In this document: positions 12,010-25,688 of the stretch, piece by piece
Layout of the letters: the number at the start of each line of letters is the position of its first letter
Position numbering within the stretch: position 1 is the stretch's first letter
Assembly: GCF_009914755.1 (NCBI RefSeq)
Contig: NC_060928.1
DNA from: the human T2T-CHM13v2.0 reference genome, Homo sapiens
DNA: 64,000 nucleotides
Reading direction: 5' to 3' (one strand)
Translations under genes and position numbers: made by a program
The notes under the pieces: model-generated
Database searches by the model: none
What the model was told of the DNA's origin: nothing
Seen by the model: only the letters and a program-made list of their open reading frames with translations

Positions 12010-14699
12010 AGGAGTTCAAGCCACCTGTTCATGCAAATTATTTGTGTCTTCCGTTGTATTTATTTAAATATTCTATTTGTACTGCACTGGTGTTGATATA
12101 TACATGTATACATTTATCTGTTTCTGTAAATATCTATAAATATGCCAAAAAGAGGCAGAAGATATACCTGCTTATACATAAATATGTATGCATATGGTAG
12201 TTAAATACATGAATACTGTAATAGATTGTGTGTGTGTTTCTGTGTGTGTGTGTTTCATATGTGTTTCCTCTATGTCCACCACTGGATCTTTGCACAGTAT
12301 GGGAAATGCATCAGGTGTAACATCAAAAGCTCAAAAAGTACTCTGTTCATAGACGACACAAATCACATAGCTGTTTACTGGGATTCTCTTTAATTTTATA
12401 AAATATTTGTGTGTCTTAGTAAAATTATAAACTAAATATGGAACTTATGAATCAGCATTGGAAAAATAAATCAAGAATTAAAAAGGACACAGTATATATC
12501 CATTTGGTTGATTATCTCTTAAAAGATTTTCCCTCATTTGGAAAACAGGAGTGATAAGAGTTCCTACTTCACAATGTTGCTAAATGTTGCTAAAGGAATA
12601 ACATGAGATAAACATATAAAGTTTGGATCAGAGTAAACTCTCAATAAATACTTGTTTTCATAATGTTTGTTATTTTTTATGTCAAGCATTATAGTAGTAA
12701 ATTTGGGGAGACATAGAGGTATAAGGTACAATATTGTCTTCCTCGGAGTTTCCAACCTAGCTAAAGACAAAATAATACAAGGATTAAATAGCACCCTGCT
12801 TAAATTTAGAAGTCTTATGCTTGAATTCTACTCTGCTAAACAGGCTATGTATCCTTGAGAGGGTAACTTGTTTTTTTCTGAAAGTCTATGACTTTATCTA
12901 AAATAGAAATAATAATGGATATTTCAAAGATTTAAGTAGTGATTTGTATGATACAAACACTGTAAGCTTTAAGAGTGAAAAGAACGGCAAACTCAGTCTT
13001 AGCTGTGGTTGTCAAGAAAAGCTTCAGGAAGGTGTTAGGATTGAGCTAGGCACTGAACGGAGTCAAATAAGTTAAAGAGAAGAAAAGAACATTCCAAGAA
13101 ACCATGAAATGGAAAGAACATGAGTAAACGTTGAGTCAGGGATAAACATGACAGACGTGGCACCAGTTGGAAAACATAGGTATCAGATTAGAATTAGTTA
13201 GGTAGGTTAAATAGAAGTAAAGGATAAATGCTTGGATTCTGGATGACTCTTCCTGCTTTCATATCCTTGCCTTGCTGTTTACTTTGTGTGACCTTTTTGG
13301 GTCCTTCTCAGTCCATACATAACAAACAACAAAATACACTATGCCAAGTTCTGCCTAATAGATGGACTTCCCTTTACCCGTGGTCCTTCAGAGACATTCC
13401 TCCATTTTCTGGTTTGTGCCTAAAGAACAGTTTGTGCTTAAGTACCCAAGTTTTCTCATTCGTCAAAAGGAGATAAGAGTGTTTATATCACAGAGTTGTT
13501 GCAGTGATTAAAGCATTCAACATATGGAAAGTACTTAAAACGGCATATAGTAAGTGCTATAAAAATGTTTTAAAATTACTATTTAAATTTATGTGTCAAC
13601 TTTAAAGAGTGTCAGCTTATACTCAGAAATAATAAAGTTAAATAAAATAATCCTACTTCTTTCCATATTTTGTTTCTCAAGCCAAAAGAACTTTCTTCTC
13701 TGTGTTTACTTTTTAGTCCAAGTCAAATATTTGATACATGAAATTGAGTGTGAAGAGGTGGTTAAAGGTAAAACACTTTCTCAATAAAAACTGTTGCATT
13801 TGGTTTCATGAACAATAAAACAGCATGTTAAAATATTTATTTTCTATTGCTTCATATTCCATCTTCCATAAGTTACAGCCTGCTTTTATAAAATATCTGT
13901 GAAGCAGTAAGGTTTCACATCATCACTTCCTTGGAAAAGTGACCAACTCCACCGTGTCCAATTTGGAAGTTATTCTCAAAGTACACCAGGTAGCATAAAG
14001 TGAAACAAAGACATTAGTCATGGATTTCGACTCTCTCCTTCGTATACAGTTCTTTTAGAAGCATACCCTTCTGGGTAAGAACACAGATATTTCTCTGTCT
14101 AATTATAGCTCGTCAAGTCTTACACCATGATGATAAGGAGAATTGTTCAATAAGCCCCTTGGACAGCTTCCTGACTTTATGCTACATATGTTAACGAGCC
14201 AGTGCTCCTAAGAACCTGAACTGATGAAATAAGTGACTGATTATATGGGCACAGAGAGTCATGAAAGTGCATGTTTAAAAGGATGGTTTTCCACCTTGAA
14301 TACACTTCTGCCTAATTTCCATATATAATGTCCATGCCAAGCAATTTTACAGTGATGGTAGAATATAGCATGATAAGAGAACTGAAGGGATATGCATCTT
14401 CAATATGGCCCTGCACACAAAATGTTTTTCCCCTATTTATTCCTCCCCATAGGGAGTTATAGGAAAGAACTGATTACCTCCCCCGATCTTTTTAGGACAG
14501 TTCTGTTGGACAAAAAAAGTCTCCCTTATAATAAATTGAAACCATTTCCTCTCAACCTTAGCTTTCTCCTTTCTCTTACTCATTAGTTTCTTCATATTCA
14601 AGACCATCAACCAATATCCCCCTTCAATGTGAAACTGTACTTATTTGAAGAAAACCTCTCTTCCAAAAAAAAAAAAGAACAAAATGGATACACTAGTTT

Positions 14700-15499
14700 T
14701 TTGTTGTTGTTGGCCGCATGTATGTCTTCTTTTGAAAAGTGTCTATTCATATCTTTGCCCACTTTTTAATGAAGTTTTTTCCTTGTAAATTGGTTTAAGT
14801 TCCTTATAAATGCTGGATATTAGACCTTTGTCAAATGCATAGTTTTCAAAAATTTTTTCCCATTCTGTAGTTTATATGTTTACTCTGTTGATAATTTCTT
14901 TTGCTGTGTAGAAGCTCTTTAGTTAGATCCCATTTGTCAATTTTGGCTTTTGTTGCAATTACTTTTGGTGTCTTCGTCATGAAAGCTTTGCCAGTTCTTA
15001 TGTCCAGAATAGTACAGCCTAGGTTGTCTTCCAGGGATTTTGTAGTTTTGTGTTTTACATTTAAGTTTTTAATCTATCTTGAGTTGATTTTTGTGTATAG
15101 TGTAATGAAGGGGTCCAGTATCAGTCTTCTGTGTATGGCTAGCCAGTTATCCCAGCAACATCTATTGAATAGGGAGTCTTTTCCCCATTGTTTTTGTTAG
15201 CTTTGTTGAAGGTCAGATGGATGTAAGTGTGCAGCCTTATTTCTGGGCTATAGGGTTCCATTGGCCTATGTGTATGGTTTTGTACTAGTATACCAAGCTG
15301 TTTTGGTTACTGTAGATGTAGGGTGGAAGTTGGGAGGAGGGAGAGGATCAGGAAAAATAACTAATGGGTAACAGACTTAATACCTGAGTGACACAATAAT
15401 CTGTAAAACAAACCCCCATGAGAGAAGTTTGCCTACGTAACAAATCTGCACATGTCCCTCTGAACTTAAAATAGAAGTTAAAAAAAAAAAAAAAAAAAA
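14700..15499 (+). mobile_element. Older L1PA (about PA13-16) with 5' inversion: antisense ORF2 piece about 14700-15315, sense 3'UTR and poly-A about 15320-15499
   Basis: Antisense ORF2 'tggccgcatgtatgtcttcttttgaaaagtgtct...ttttggttactgtag' abuts sense 'gggtggaagttgggaggagggagaggatcaggaaaaataactaatggg...ctgaacttaaaatagaagtt' plus A20. Confidence 0.8.
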
Positions 15500-15692
15500 G
15501 ACCACACCTCCATCCCTGGGCTTGCTGTAGAGCCTTCCACGGAATTTAAACCAGGGCTTAAGGTGGCTACAAACAAGATTCACAGAATGTTAAGTGTTAT
15601 ATATCATCTTATTGTTCATACCCTACCATTAATACAACCCTTTACTACAATGCACCATTTACTGACTCAGGATGGTAAACACAGAAAAATGC

Positions 15693-16008
15693 TTTTTTTT
15701 GTTTTGTTTTTTTTGAGACTGAGTCTTGCTCTATCACCCAGGCTGGAGTGCAGTGATGTGATCTCGCTCACTGCAAGCTCCACCTCCCGGGTTCACTCCA
15801 TTCTCCTGCCTCAGCCTCCCGAGTGGCTGGGGCTACAGGCACCTGTCACTGCACCAGGCTAATTTTTTTTTTTTTTTTTTTTGTATTTTTAGTAGAGATG
15901 GGGTTTCACCATGTTAGCCAGGATGGTCTCGATCTCCTGACCTCGTGATCCACCCGCCTCAGCCTCCCAAAGTGCTGGGATTACAGGCGTGAGCCACCGC
16001 GCCTGGCC
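15693..16008 (-). mobile_element. AluY
   Basis: Full dimer with 'ctgcaagctccacctcccgggttcactccattctcc'. TSD agaaaaatgc/agaaatatgc. Confidence 0.92.
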
Positions 16009-16029
16009 AGAAATATGCCATCTTTTAAG

Positions 16030-16410
16030 GAGGGAGTTGTCTAGCTGCAGTCAGTGTGGTCAGTAGATAAGACTCTAGCTGTTACCTCCTTTAGATTTGA
16101 TTCAGCTGCAGAAAGCTGCTTCACCTGATGTCACACCTTTTGTGGGGAAGTCCACAACCAGTGACCAAGTGAGCAAGGTAACAGGATAAAGGCCCAGCTG
16201 CTTGAGCCAGTTTTTGGGTAACTCTGATGTGCCACATTCTTCCTTGAGCTTCCTTCCTGGTTGGCCAAGGCTGTATTGGATCTGCACTGCATTTCAACTT
16301 TTCCTCCACTCCATCCCACTTCCTCCCACTTTCTTTCCCAAGTATTAATCTCTAAGAAATATCCTAAAGCCCCAATTCATCTTAACATCTACTCCAAAAA
16401 ATGTAACTTG
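16030..16410 (+). mobile_element. Old ERVL LTR (LTR33/LTR16-like)
   Basis: 'gctgcagaaagctgcttcacctgatgtcacacc..ggggaagtccacaaccagtgacc..ggataaaggcccagc' resembles the LTR33-type consensus as recalled. Confidence 0.5.
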
Positions 16411-19040
16411 CAATTCTTGGAAACTGAGGTAATAGAAATGTAACATTCTAAAAATCACGTTAATTACAGGCAGGCATTTCATTAGGGCATGAATCTTTTA
16501 ACCAGAAATCCAATTTTCTACTCTTCCATTCAGCCCCATGTCCACAGATATCCATGACAATTTGGTTAATGTGAGTTTTGCAAGAGTAATATCAATTTAA
16601 AATGATTAGATATAGACATTGAATGAAAACCATAAAGCCACCTGTATTGACTATTCATATTCCTAGGACCTAAGAACTTCAAGCACAGGTTGCTGGTTCA
16701 TCCTTCAATCTCCATACATCAGCTAATTGATGGTACAGCCTTAAGGGTACAGATAAAAAACAAACTGATATTGTCTTACAAACATGAGCAATACCCACAA
16801 GAGCTACATCTCAGGCATATGAGATGCTCCAATAATTCCTATGCTAGCCTCTACTCCCAAAGATTTCAAGAAAATAATGTCACACATGTTATCTATTTCT
16901 TTACAGAAATGTCTGGTTTTCTCCTAATTTTCTCTGTAATCCTGGTTGTTGGCCAGACATGGTATTTTTTTTTCTGGGGTTCTTTTTCATAAAACCTTAC
17001 AAATTATTTAACTCTCCAATTGGAGACTAGACGAGTCAATACTACAAGGAGAAAATAAGATAATCAAACATTTCTGCTGTCCTATGAGATATTTGATAAT
17101 AAGCATGTATCTTCATAGCTGTCAATCTGTTTGGGGTTGATTATGGTGAGCAGCTGCAAGTAGAGTAATTTTGAAATGGTATCTAAAATCACCACTAATA
17201 ATATTTCTAAACTAGTGTATCCAACAGTTAAGTTAGTAAAGAAAAACAGCCTAGGTCTTTCTGAATTATTGAACTCAGTTCCAGCAATGCAACAAGGACA
17301 GATCTTCACAGGAGTTACATAATTCATTATCTCCATAAACTAGCTTATTATTAGCAACTCAATATTTTGCATATGAATTTAATTGAAAATTGCATTTCCT
17401 CTGTGCACACCTAATTCATTTATTGAGTAATCTTGATATTTCAATGGATAAAACATTACAAATACAAATGGGATACACTCAGAGGTTTACCACAGAAGAC
17501 TGTTAAAATACTCTGCTTTTTAGTCAGTTTAAGAAAAAAGCTTTCATTTGAAAAGGGTTCTACTGCCTTGGAGTGTCTAAGGATGGTTCAGCTTTAGAGA
17601 GAAGCCTGAACCGAGTCACCCTTCTAATGCTGAGTGGAGACTCTACAGTCTCACAGCTTCCCTAGTTTTTAGGTCTCTGTTATGGTAAATATCAAACCCA
17701 GCTTCTCAACCTGTATTTTTAGTGCATTTAAAAAAAAAAACACTTAATTCCATATAGCACCAAATTGATGTTATATCATTTATAGTAAAACATTAATTTT
17801 AAAGTTGATTTGCTACAAAAATATATGGAAAATAATTCATTCAATAAATACATATCTGGCATCACTCTGGGCACTTGGTATATCAGTGAAAATAAAAGAA
17901 AGACAAAAATCTCCACCATTTCCTCTCAACGTCGCAAATATATTTTCTACTATGTGCCTGGGGTAGAGAGAGGGCTTTACACTCCAGGGTTTTGTTTCTT
18001 TGATTGACTGATTTTTAAATATCCTTGTATTATCAAGCCCAAACTTTTCCACTTGTCCTTAAATAAAGACTCATTTAACCTGGCCCCATAATATCCTTCC
18101 AAAATAGATCCCATACTATCATCTCTCTATAGTCCTGATTTTCTCTATTCACCCTAATCTTTTTAAAAATAAATTTTATACCTTGGTCTATTGTATTTTT
18201 GCACCTATCCAACACACCTGTATGGATCAAGGTAAGAATAATATCCCCCAGGAATGTTTCCTGATTCTTCTAGTCCAAGACAGTTATTTTCATCTCCCAA
18301 TTTCTAATGAAATTAGTTTATGTGACTATTTCCCTAATCTCCCCCAAACAGATTGGTAGACAAGACCATGCATACATTCATTTGATGTTCTCCCAAAGGC
18401 TTCAGATTATGCTGAGCACAAGTGAACAATGAGCTATTTTTCAGTAATCTTGCTAATTTTACACGATTGTGGCCATGGTTTTAAAGGCACAGTGGCATCT
18501 CAATAGTCTCCCTTAGCAATTAAAAAGTGATTCAATTTCCCATTATCTATTTTCCATGGATGGACTTGCATTATTTATAAAAATGCACCTGAAATATCAC
18601 TGCAACAATTTGTTAAGATGTTATCTCTACACCATTAGAATACCCTATCAAATTCTATAAAGACATTCCAGATCTGTATTTAAATAAAGAATTCTTGTTT
18701 ACAGATTTTTTTTAAAGTAGGCAGCACTTACCTTTTATACAAGCTTGTGGAATATGAATGAACATAGCATATTCAGCAAATAATGAAAAATTATTTGAAT
18801 ATTTTTGACTCAGCAAGTGTACATAGAAATGGTGTAAATGAGAAGCAATATATTGGAAAATTGTACTTCGTGGCAAATTTCAATTTGAATTCACTTATAG
18901 GAAGGCTTTTCACTTTATATGATAATAACTCAGTTACAAATATATTGTCTAAAAATACTAGATTTTTAATTTTTTGTTATTTTTTCCAGGTCCTTAGAGT
19001 AGGAAGATGATGAGCTGTGGTCCTAACAATCTTAGTAGCT

Positions 19041-19475
19041 ATGGTAGCCAGAATAATGTTCCCAAACTGTTGGCCATGTCCTAATTCCTGAAATTTGTGA
19101 ATATTATTCTTTTATGTGGCCAAAAGAATTCTGAAAATATAATGAAGTTAAAGATCTTGAGATGGGGAGATTATTTTGGATTATGCAGGTGGGTCCGATA
19201 TAATCACAGGGTCCACATAAGAGGGAGGCAGAAGTGTCAGAGTCAGAGAAGACCAAGTAACACTGGACCCGGAGATGAGAGTGATGTGTGGCCACAAGCC
19301 AAGAAATGAACACAGCCTCTAGAAGACAGAAGAGGTAAATAAATGATTCCTATCCAAGAGCCTCTTGAAGAAATAAGCTCTGTTGACCAATTTTAGATTT
19401 CTCAACTTCATAACTATATAATAAAATGTGTGGTGTGTTAGGTTACTAAATGTGTGGTAGAAGTAGGAAACTAGT
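19041..19475 (+). mobile_element. MLT1D-like MaLR LTR
   Basis: 'tatggtagccagaataatg..gtcctaattcctgaaatttgtgaatat..gatcttgagatggggagattattttggattatgcaggtggg..agagggaggcagaagtgtcagagtcagagaag'. Confidence 0.8.
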
Positions 19476-20697
19476 AGCGTAGCTTATATTGTCTAGAAGC
19501 CATCTGCCTTTGAGGTAACGTAGCTTCCTCTTGTGTATGATCTGAGCTACCTTTAGTTTATAATAATTTACCATAGTTTTCCATTTCATATCTAAGTACT
19601 AAAAACTGCTTTGTAGTTATTTTAGTTTCTTAGGAGAAAAATAACTATATGATGTAACATTTCCATTTCTTTTGGCTATTAGCAAGATTCTAAAGGTATG
19701 CAATAATATTCCCCCAAAGTAGATTTCTCTACTTTTAATCATCAGCCACCACTACTTCCTCTTGATTACATGATTTGCCTTCTCACCAATCTATCTTGTT
19801 TCTTTGCCACATTGTGTCTTCTACTATAGCACATTACAAATCTAAGTACAGAACAAAGATCTATCTGATGACAACAAGGGCACAAAACATGCATTTTAAA
19901 CTAAATAACCAATATCCTAAAATGGCATCACATGGTATACTTTACGTTTCAATGGTTCACTAGTCAAATCAGGTAATATCATTAGCTAGACTTTTTTCAT
20001 ATTAAGAAGCAAATTCTTAGAGGTTAAACTAATTGTAGATGTCCCAATATAGTAAAAAGAACACATTTATTCTCATTAGGAAAGAGCAGCCTTCTTAGGA
20101 AGAGTAATCTTCTATGCATTTACTACCTGTCCAGTACTTTAAGACTTGAAACTTTAATTCTTTACATATGTGAAGCTTAGAATCATTTGAGGAAATAGCA
20201 GAAGCAGGTTAAAAAAAGTAGTATGTGATTAGTCATCAGGTATTTCAGTCAATACAATCTATACAAAGAAAATTAAAGACTGATCGAGGATAGGTTGTTT
20301 TTCAGAAAAGCCTATATGTAGACAGGACATGAGCTGGGCTTATAATTATGAGCAGGATGCAGTTAAATACAGGAGAGGAGAGAAGCCATTCTAAATGAAG
20401 CAACAGGAGTAAAGACAAGAAGAAAACCTAAGTAGAACACTTCAGTTATTAGGTAAAATGGAGGAACTGTGGAAAATAAGAATAAACAGGAAGGAAAGTC
20501 TACATTTAATGGAACAATCAGCAACAACTTTGAAATATCATGTTAGCTTTAGCAATAAAGTGAATAAAAGCTTTAAAAAGACAATGATTACTACAACAAG
20601 TTGAAGGGTGAGAAAGCCACAAATTAGAAACACCAAGTCTAGGGGATTGTGAATGGAGAACAAGATTTTAATCAAGGAGCCATCTGACCCATAGTAC

Positions 20698-22438
20698 TGT
20701 CACATGATCCTTTGGGTGTCATCTTTCCAGTGGGAAATCTCTGTGGCCAATGGCACCTTTGCCCGTGTTTTGCTTGGGCCCGCTGGGCTCATTCTGCCCA
20801 CTTGGCCTGGCAGTCTGCACTCAACTCTCGCTACCGGCTTGGATCCCTTGCCTGCTAAGGGCAAGCCAGGTGCAGAGTGGTGATGGGTATGTGAGTGAGT
20901 GAGCATGGGGTCTGGCCACTGCACACAGCCAAGCATGCCGGCTGCGGTGGGGCAGGCAGCTCCAAGTGCCTGCACAGGTGCCAGCTCCCTGTGAGGCTGC
21001 AGATGGACCAGGAGCACTGCAAACGGCTTCCACGGCTGGTACTGGGAACACAGTGGCACCTAGAAGCTTGGAGATGACAGGAACTGCAAAGCCCCAAAGA
21101 GGGTGTCACAGCCCTGGCTCGTGAAGCTCTAGGGCTGGGCTCCCCAAAGGGCTGCAGCTCGTCTATCCTCTCTTCTCTCCTTCTCGTCATCCACAATGTG
21201 GTGAGAAAGGGGCCTGTGTCAGCTCGTTTGTGTTACAGCACTTTCAGCCCTGCCATTCAGCGGGTCGCAAGTTCTTGTCTTGTGTCCAGAAAGAATGAGT
21301 TACACAGACAAGTGGAGGGTAAGCAAGATGAAGCGGGGCTTTACTGAGCAACAGAATAGCTCAGAGGAGACCCACAGTGGGTAGCTTCTCTCTCCAGGCT
21401 GGTTGTCCTGATGAGTGCTCAGCTCTCATCAGAGAGGAGACCCACAGTGGGTAGCTCCTCTCTGCAGGCAGTGTCTGGAGTGTTTAGAACTCAGCAGAGG
21501 CAGAGAGGAAACCCACAGTGAGTTGCTCCTCTTTGCAGGCAGGTTGTCCTGTCCTCTGCTCAGCTCTCAGCAGAGAGGAGACCCATATTGGGTAGCTCCT
21601 CTAGGCAGGCAGGTTGTCCTGTCCTCTGCTCAGCTCTCAGCAGAGAGGAGACCCAACGTGGGTACCCCCTCTCCATAGGCAGGTCGTCCACTGCTGGAGT
21701 CTGGCTGAGTCCAGGGTTTTATGAACTTTAGGAGAGGAAGTGTGTGCTGATTGGTCCATGGGTGGTCATGGGCGGGCCCAGGAAAAGCACCATAAGTTCT
21801 CACTCTGGCAGCCTGGCCCTCAGGGCACAGGCCAGGCCCAGCCTGAAGGTGGGGTTTCACTGGCGACCCACCCCTTTCTGCCTGGGAGCCTGTCTGCCTC
21901 CTGCCGCCATTAACTTGTCATCACAGTGCCCACAGCACCCAAGCTGTGCTGAGGGGTGCCTGCAGGCTTGCTTTGAGCCACCCTTAGCCCCGCCCTTGGA
22001 CTCCCTCTTGTGCTTATCAGTGCCCAAAGTCCAGAGGGGGCCAAGGTGGCAGGGGACTGGCGTGTCAGTGCTGCCTCGAGTGTGTGCACACCCAGCCAGG
22101 TCATGACAGCATCCGGACTGTGCCACAAATTTGTTCTGAAATTGAAGTGGGCACCCAGAATGGGGAGAGGCCAGGCATCAGGAGCAGGCACTTCTGAGCC
22201 TGCAGCAGGGGGCGGCGGTTGCTTCCCGGTCCCAGAGAGTGTAGAGATGTCTGGGTCTGCAGCCCTGGCTAGACAGCGGTGCTCAGGAGGGTGGGGCTCC
22301 TGCCCCTCCCACTTGGAAGGGGGCATGGCTTCTTCCTGTTCCCAGCTCCCGCTGGCTCCGTGGGGCATACAGCCCCATCCACACCTCCGCGACTGCAGCC
22401 AGCGTCATGGCAGCGGCTGCTCCAGATAGGCTACTACC
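20698..22438 (-). mobile_element. MER52A-like ERV1 solo LTR (about 1.74 kb, GC-rich)
   Basis: Sharp GC-rich island. Minus strand begins 'gtagtagcctatctggagcagccgctgccatgacgctggctgcag' and ends 'ggatcatgtgaca'. Contains the internal tandem array typical of this family. Confidence 0.85.
21355..21690. repeat. About 60-70 bp tandem array (about 5 units) inside the MER52 LTR
   Basis: Unit 'cagctctcagcagagaggagacccacagtgggtagctcctctctgcaggcaggttgtcctg'. The last units have an exact 60-bp period. Confidence 0.85.
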
Positions 22439-24989
22439 TGTGATACTATAAAGTTCTGAGTCCACACTGTGATGCTTAAATAGTATAAATGTTAACTTAG
22501 GGAGATCAAACATACTAATTTATAAGATTATTTGTATTGAGTACGTAAATTTATGAAAAGTACATATTCAAGAAATTGATCTAAAGAAATCCATTCTTCC
22601 TTGACGTTAGAAGAACTCTCATCTTGACATGAGCTCCAAAGAACATTGTTCAGGGCCATAATGAGCAAAGCAACTTAATAATTTAGAGACCACTACAGTT
22701 ATTGCAAAAGCATGAAATGTCATAGTATCAGAGAGAGTCAAGTCATGTAAACTGAACAGAGTATCTACCAAAAAATGAGAGCACACAAAAATATCACTTC
22801 ACTTATTTTGATTTTAGACTGAAAAATAAACTTCAACAAAAACAACATTTAGATGAAATGAGAAAAACTGATATTAACAGAAGCAAAGGAAATTGGAGGG
22901 AAAAAGATTTACTACATCTGGAAATAGCCAGATATATTTGCACTTATCCATGAACATATCTGTAACTTTATCTTTAGGTCTATTGATCAAAATTCCTGGC
23001 TCTTTTTTTCACCGTTAACCCTTGTCCTTAACTCTCATCTATGAAGTAGATTTGCTATCTAGATGCATGTAACTACGAACACAGGTGTAAGCCTTCAGTA
23101 AAGTTAGGGATAGTAGAGTTTGAAGAAAATATGCCAATTTAAGTGAGCAGGAGGATTACTTCCTGGTAGAGGATACACAGGCAAAACCAAAACCAAAGCT
23201 AAAACCAAAAGAAAAATGAAGTCTGGGCAATTAAGAGGGAATGAGAGAAAAGGTCTGAATGATTGACTGAAGCTATCCCTAAAACGAAGCCTCCAAGGGA
23301 GCAAGGACTACAATCTGGGAAACAAGGAAGAGAAGGAGAAATATCAGAAAGGTAAAGCAGACGGGACCAGAGTAATTGTCAAAGGTAAGTGCTGTATGTA
23401 CTGCAGTTCACAGCTGGTTTTCAGAGGCCTTCCTAGAAAGGTCTTGTGGATAAGTCAGTTGACTTTAAAGATCTAGGGATAGCTTAGATCAGCTGAAAGT
23501 ATACTTTAGAAAGTAAGAGTTACGCTCCTGGTTATAGCTTCTCAAATATTTGTTATCTCAATAAGCTATATATGAAGGTACCTTAGAATGATATTATCAG
23601 AAGCAGACAGTCCCCAGATTACCATTTCAAATATGCTACACACTGTGAATTATAGAGGTCAACATTTTTATAAAATTATAAAAGCACCCGTGCTTCCTTG
23701 TTTTTCATTGTGTGATATAACTTAGCATTATAAAGAAGAGAACATTTCTTAAATGTTGAGAAGTAGTTATTAGTAGCAACAAAGATTCTATTGATCTCCT
23801 ACCCCCTTAAGACTCCATGAAAATTGCTTGTTTTTCCCCAAGTAAGCATCAGGCCATGAGAAACATATATTTGAGTTTGATCTTGCAAATATACAGACAT
23901 ATTTTCCATTTCCTAAATCAAAGTCGAACACTGTTGAGTATAGTAGATGTCATCTATGAGAGATTATTTCACACATTCTTTTATTCTTTCTTTAGCCTAT
24001 ATAACGACACACACTGTAGAAAATGCTAAACCAAAGACATGTGAAATCTCTGTTGGGTAGACTTCTCTCATATTTTTATAAAATTTACTCTACACGCTAG
24101 TGCAAAGCTTCTATACTAATATTTTCAATGTCCTACTCCATCTCTCTGGGCTATAAGGGATTCCTAAAAAGAAAATAATTAAAGTGCTTAAATGTTAAGC
24201 ATGTTATAAAATATGAGACTGGGTCATTAAGAGAAAATTGTGGATTGCGTTTCTCAGCATGCATACCATACAACAAAAAGAGGGTCTGCATGAGGTGCTT
24301 ATCTGTATTAATGAGACATTCACCACTCCATCTATGTAGTAATTACGATCCAGCCCAAATACTGTGACCACATATAATTTGCATATCATCTAAATAGCTA
24401 TGTGGCTGTAATCTGCTTTGAGAAAGTACAAAAGTCAATGGTATATGAAAGACACAATGCCTGCCAGCTATCTCCCTTGTCTTTTATCACTGCACACCAC
24501 CAAGCACAATTAGTCAAAAGGCTTACATGACAATCAACAAAGAAAAAGAGGCTTCTTCTGAAATTTTTCCTAGGGACTCAGAAATGGCAGGTGAGAAGCT
24601 CTGAGGTTATCTTTTGAAAATCTGGGCCAAGAACAAAAACAGATAAGTAAAAAGAAGAATGTGAGCCAATCCATTTTCATCAGGCTAGAAAGGCTAAAAG
24701 TTGCAGAAGCAAAGAAAGATAAAGTCAAGAGGAATGAAATGAAAGACAATGTCATGTCCATTGGAAATTCAGAAGTGGTCATTCACCTGCCATTTTTTGA
24801 CCTCCATGTTCTCTTTAGCTTTACACCCCTATATGTGGATGCCTTCCTCCAACCTCCAGCTACCTGTCAGAATTCCATCTCAAAGTTCCAAACAAATATT
24901 GCATTATTTGTGACGGTCTCCCTCACCTTCCTATAAAAATAAATATTTTTAGTACATAGCATGCATCCTATTGGGTGAGGCATCGTGGC

Positions 24990-25205
24990 TACTGTGATAC
25001 AATGTAAAATATTTCAGGATTTGGCGTCAGACTTGGATTATTTCTACCCACTTTCTTGCTGTATGACTTTGAAAAGTCATTTAAGGCTTGATTTTTTCTC
25101 ATGTGTAAAATGGTTGTCATCAAGCCATTCATGGGGCTGTCATGAAGTTTAAACAAGATGAAATATATAAAATGCTGAACACATAGTAGTTTAATACATG
25201 GTAGA
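24990..25205 (+). mobile_element. MIR SINE
   Basis: 'ttggcgtcagacttgg..gctgtatgactttgaaaagtcatttaa..ttctcatgtgtaaaatgg..atataaaatgctgaacacatagtag'. Confidence 0.7.
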
Positions 25206-25379
25206 TTCACAATGACTTTTAGTTCTCTTTGCTTCTTTCTCTTTTGGCCTCTGTTTTTCTTCTCAGATCTACGTATATAGTGCCAATATTATAGATACAA
25301 GAAATTAATCAAGTTTCTAATAAACCCATAGTCAATAGTAATCCACTGTTAACATACATTCATATACTCAATGTCTTAC

Positions 25380-25688
25380 AGTAGATATCAGCAAACTATA
25401 GCCTGGAGTCCAAATCCATCCTACATATTTTGCATAGCCTATGAGTTAAGAATGGTTTTTACACTTTTAAGGGGTTAAAAAAATCAAAAGAATAATAAAA
25501 TCATGTCAAATTGAAATTTCAGTGCTCATGTAGTTTTATTGGAATACATATATGCTCATTTCTTTATGTATTGGCTTTGGCTGCATTTTTCTTACAATGG
25601 CAGAGTTGAGTGGATAAGGGTGAATGAGACACAGAACCTAAAATATTTATTATCTGGCCTTTTACAGAAAAAGTCCACTAACGCTTGT
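25380..25688 (+). mobile_element. MER58 (hAT-Charlie) non-autonomous DNA transposon
   Basis: 'cagcaaactatagcctg..ccaaatcc..ttttattggaa..aaaatatttattatctggccttttacagaaaaagt'. Confidence 0.75.

Larger units (their letters stand above)
8639..12060 (-). mobile_element. Degraded ERVL-class internal region (pol integrase and dUTPase-like remnants)
   Basis: Minus strand encodes 'VIALVGLIDPDY' near 9400-9435 (ERVL 'LAGVIDPDY' motif). At about 10170-10275 it encodes 'CGHCGRARGY...LTNEYLAATTTECLT', resembling the ERVL integrase 'GHGGRDGGY..LTKADLATATAECP'. The right boundary is approximate. Confidence 0.65.

Noticed and set aside
21355-21690. CRISPR-like repeat-spacer array
   Set aside because: Units are tandem with no unique spacers, lie inside an ERV1 LTR, and the DNA is eukaryotic with no cas genes.
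20700-22513. Cluster of overlapping 60-152 aa ORFs
   Set aside because: Expected in GC-rich LTR sequence, which has few stop codons; no recognisable protein motifs.
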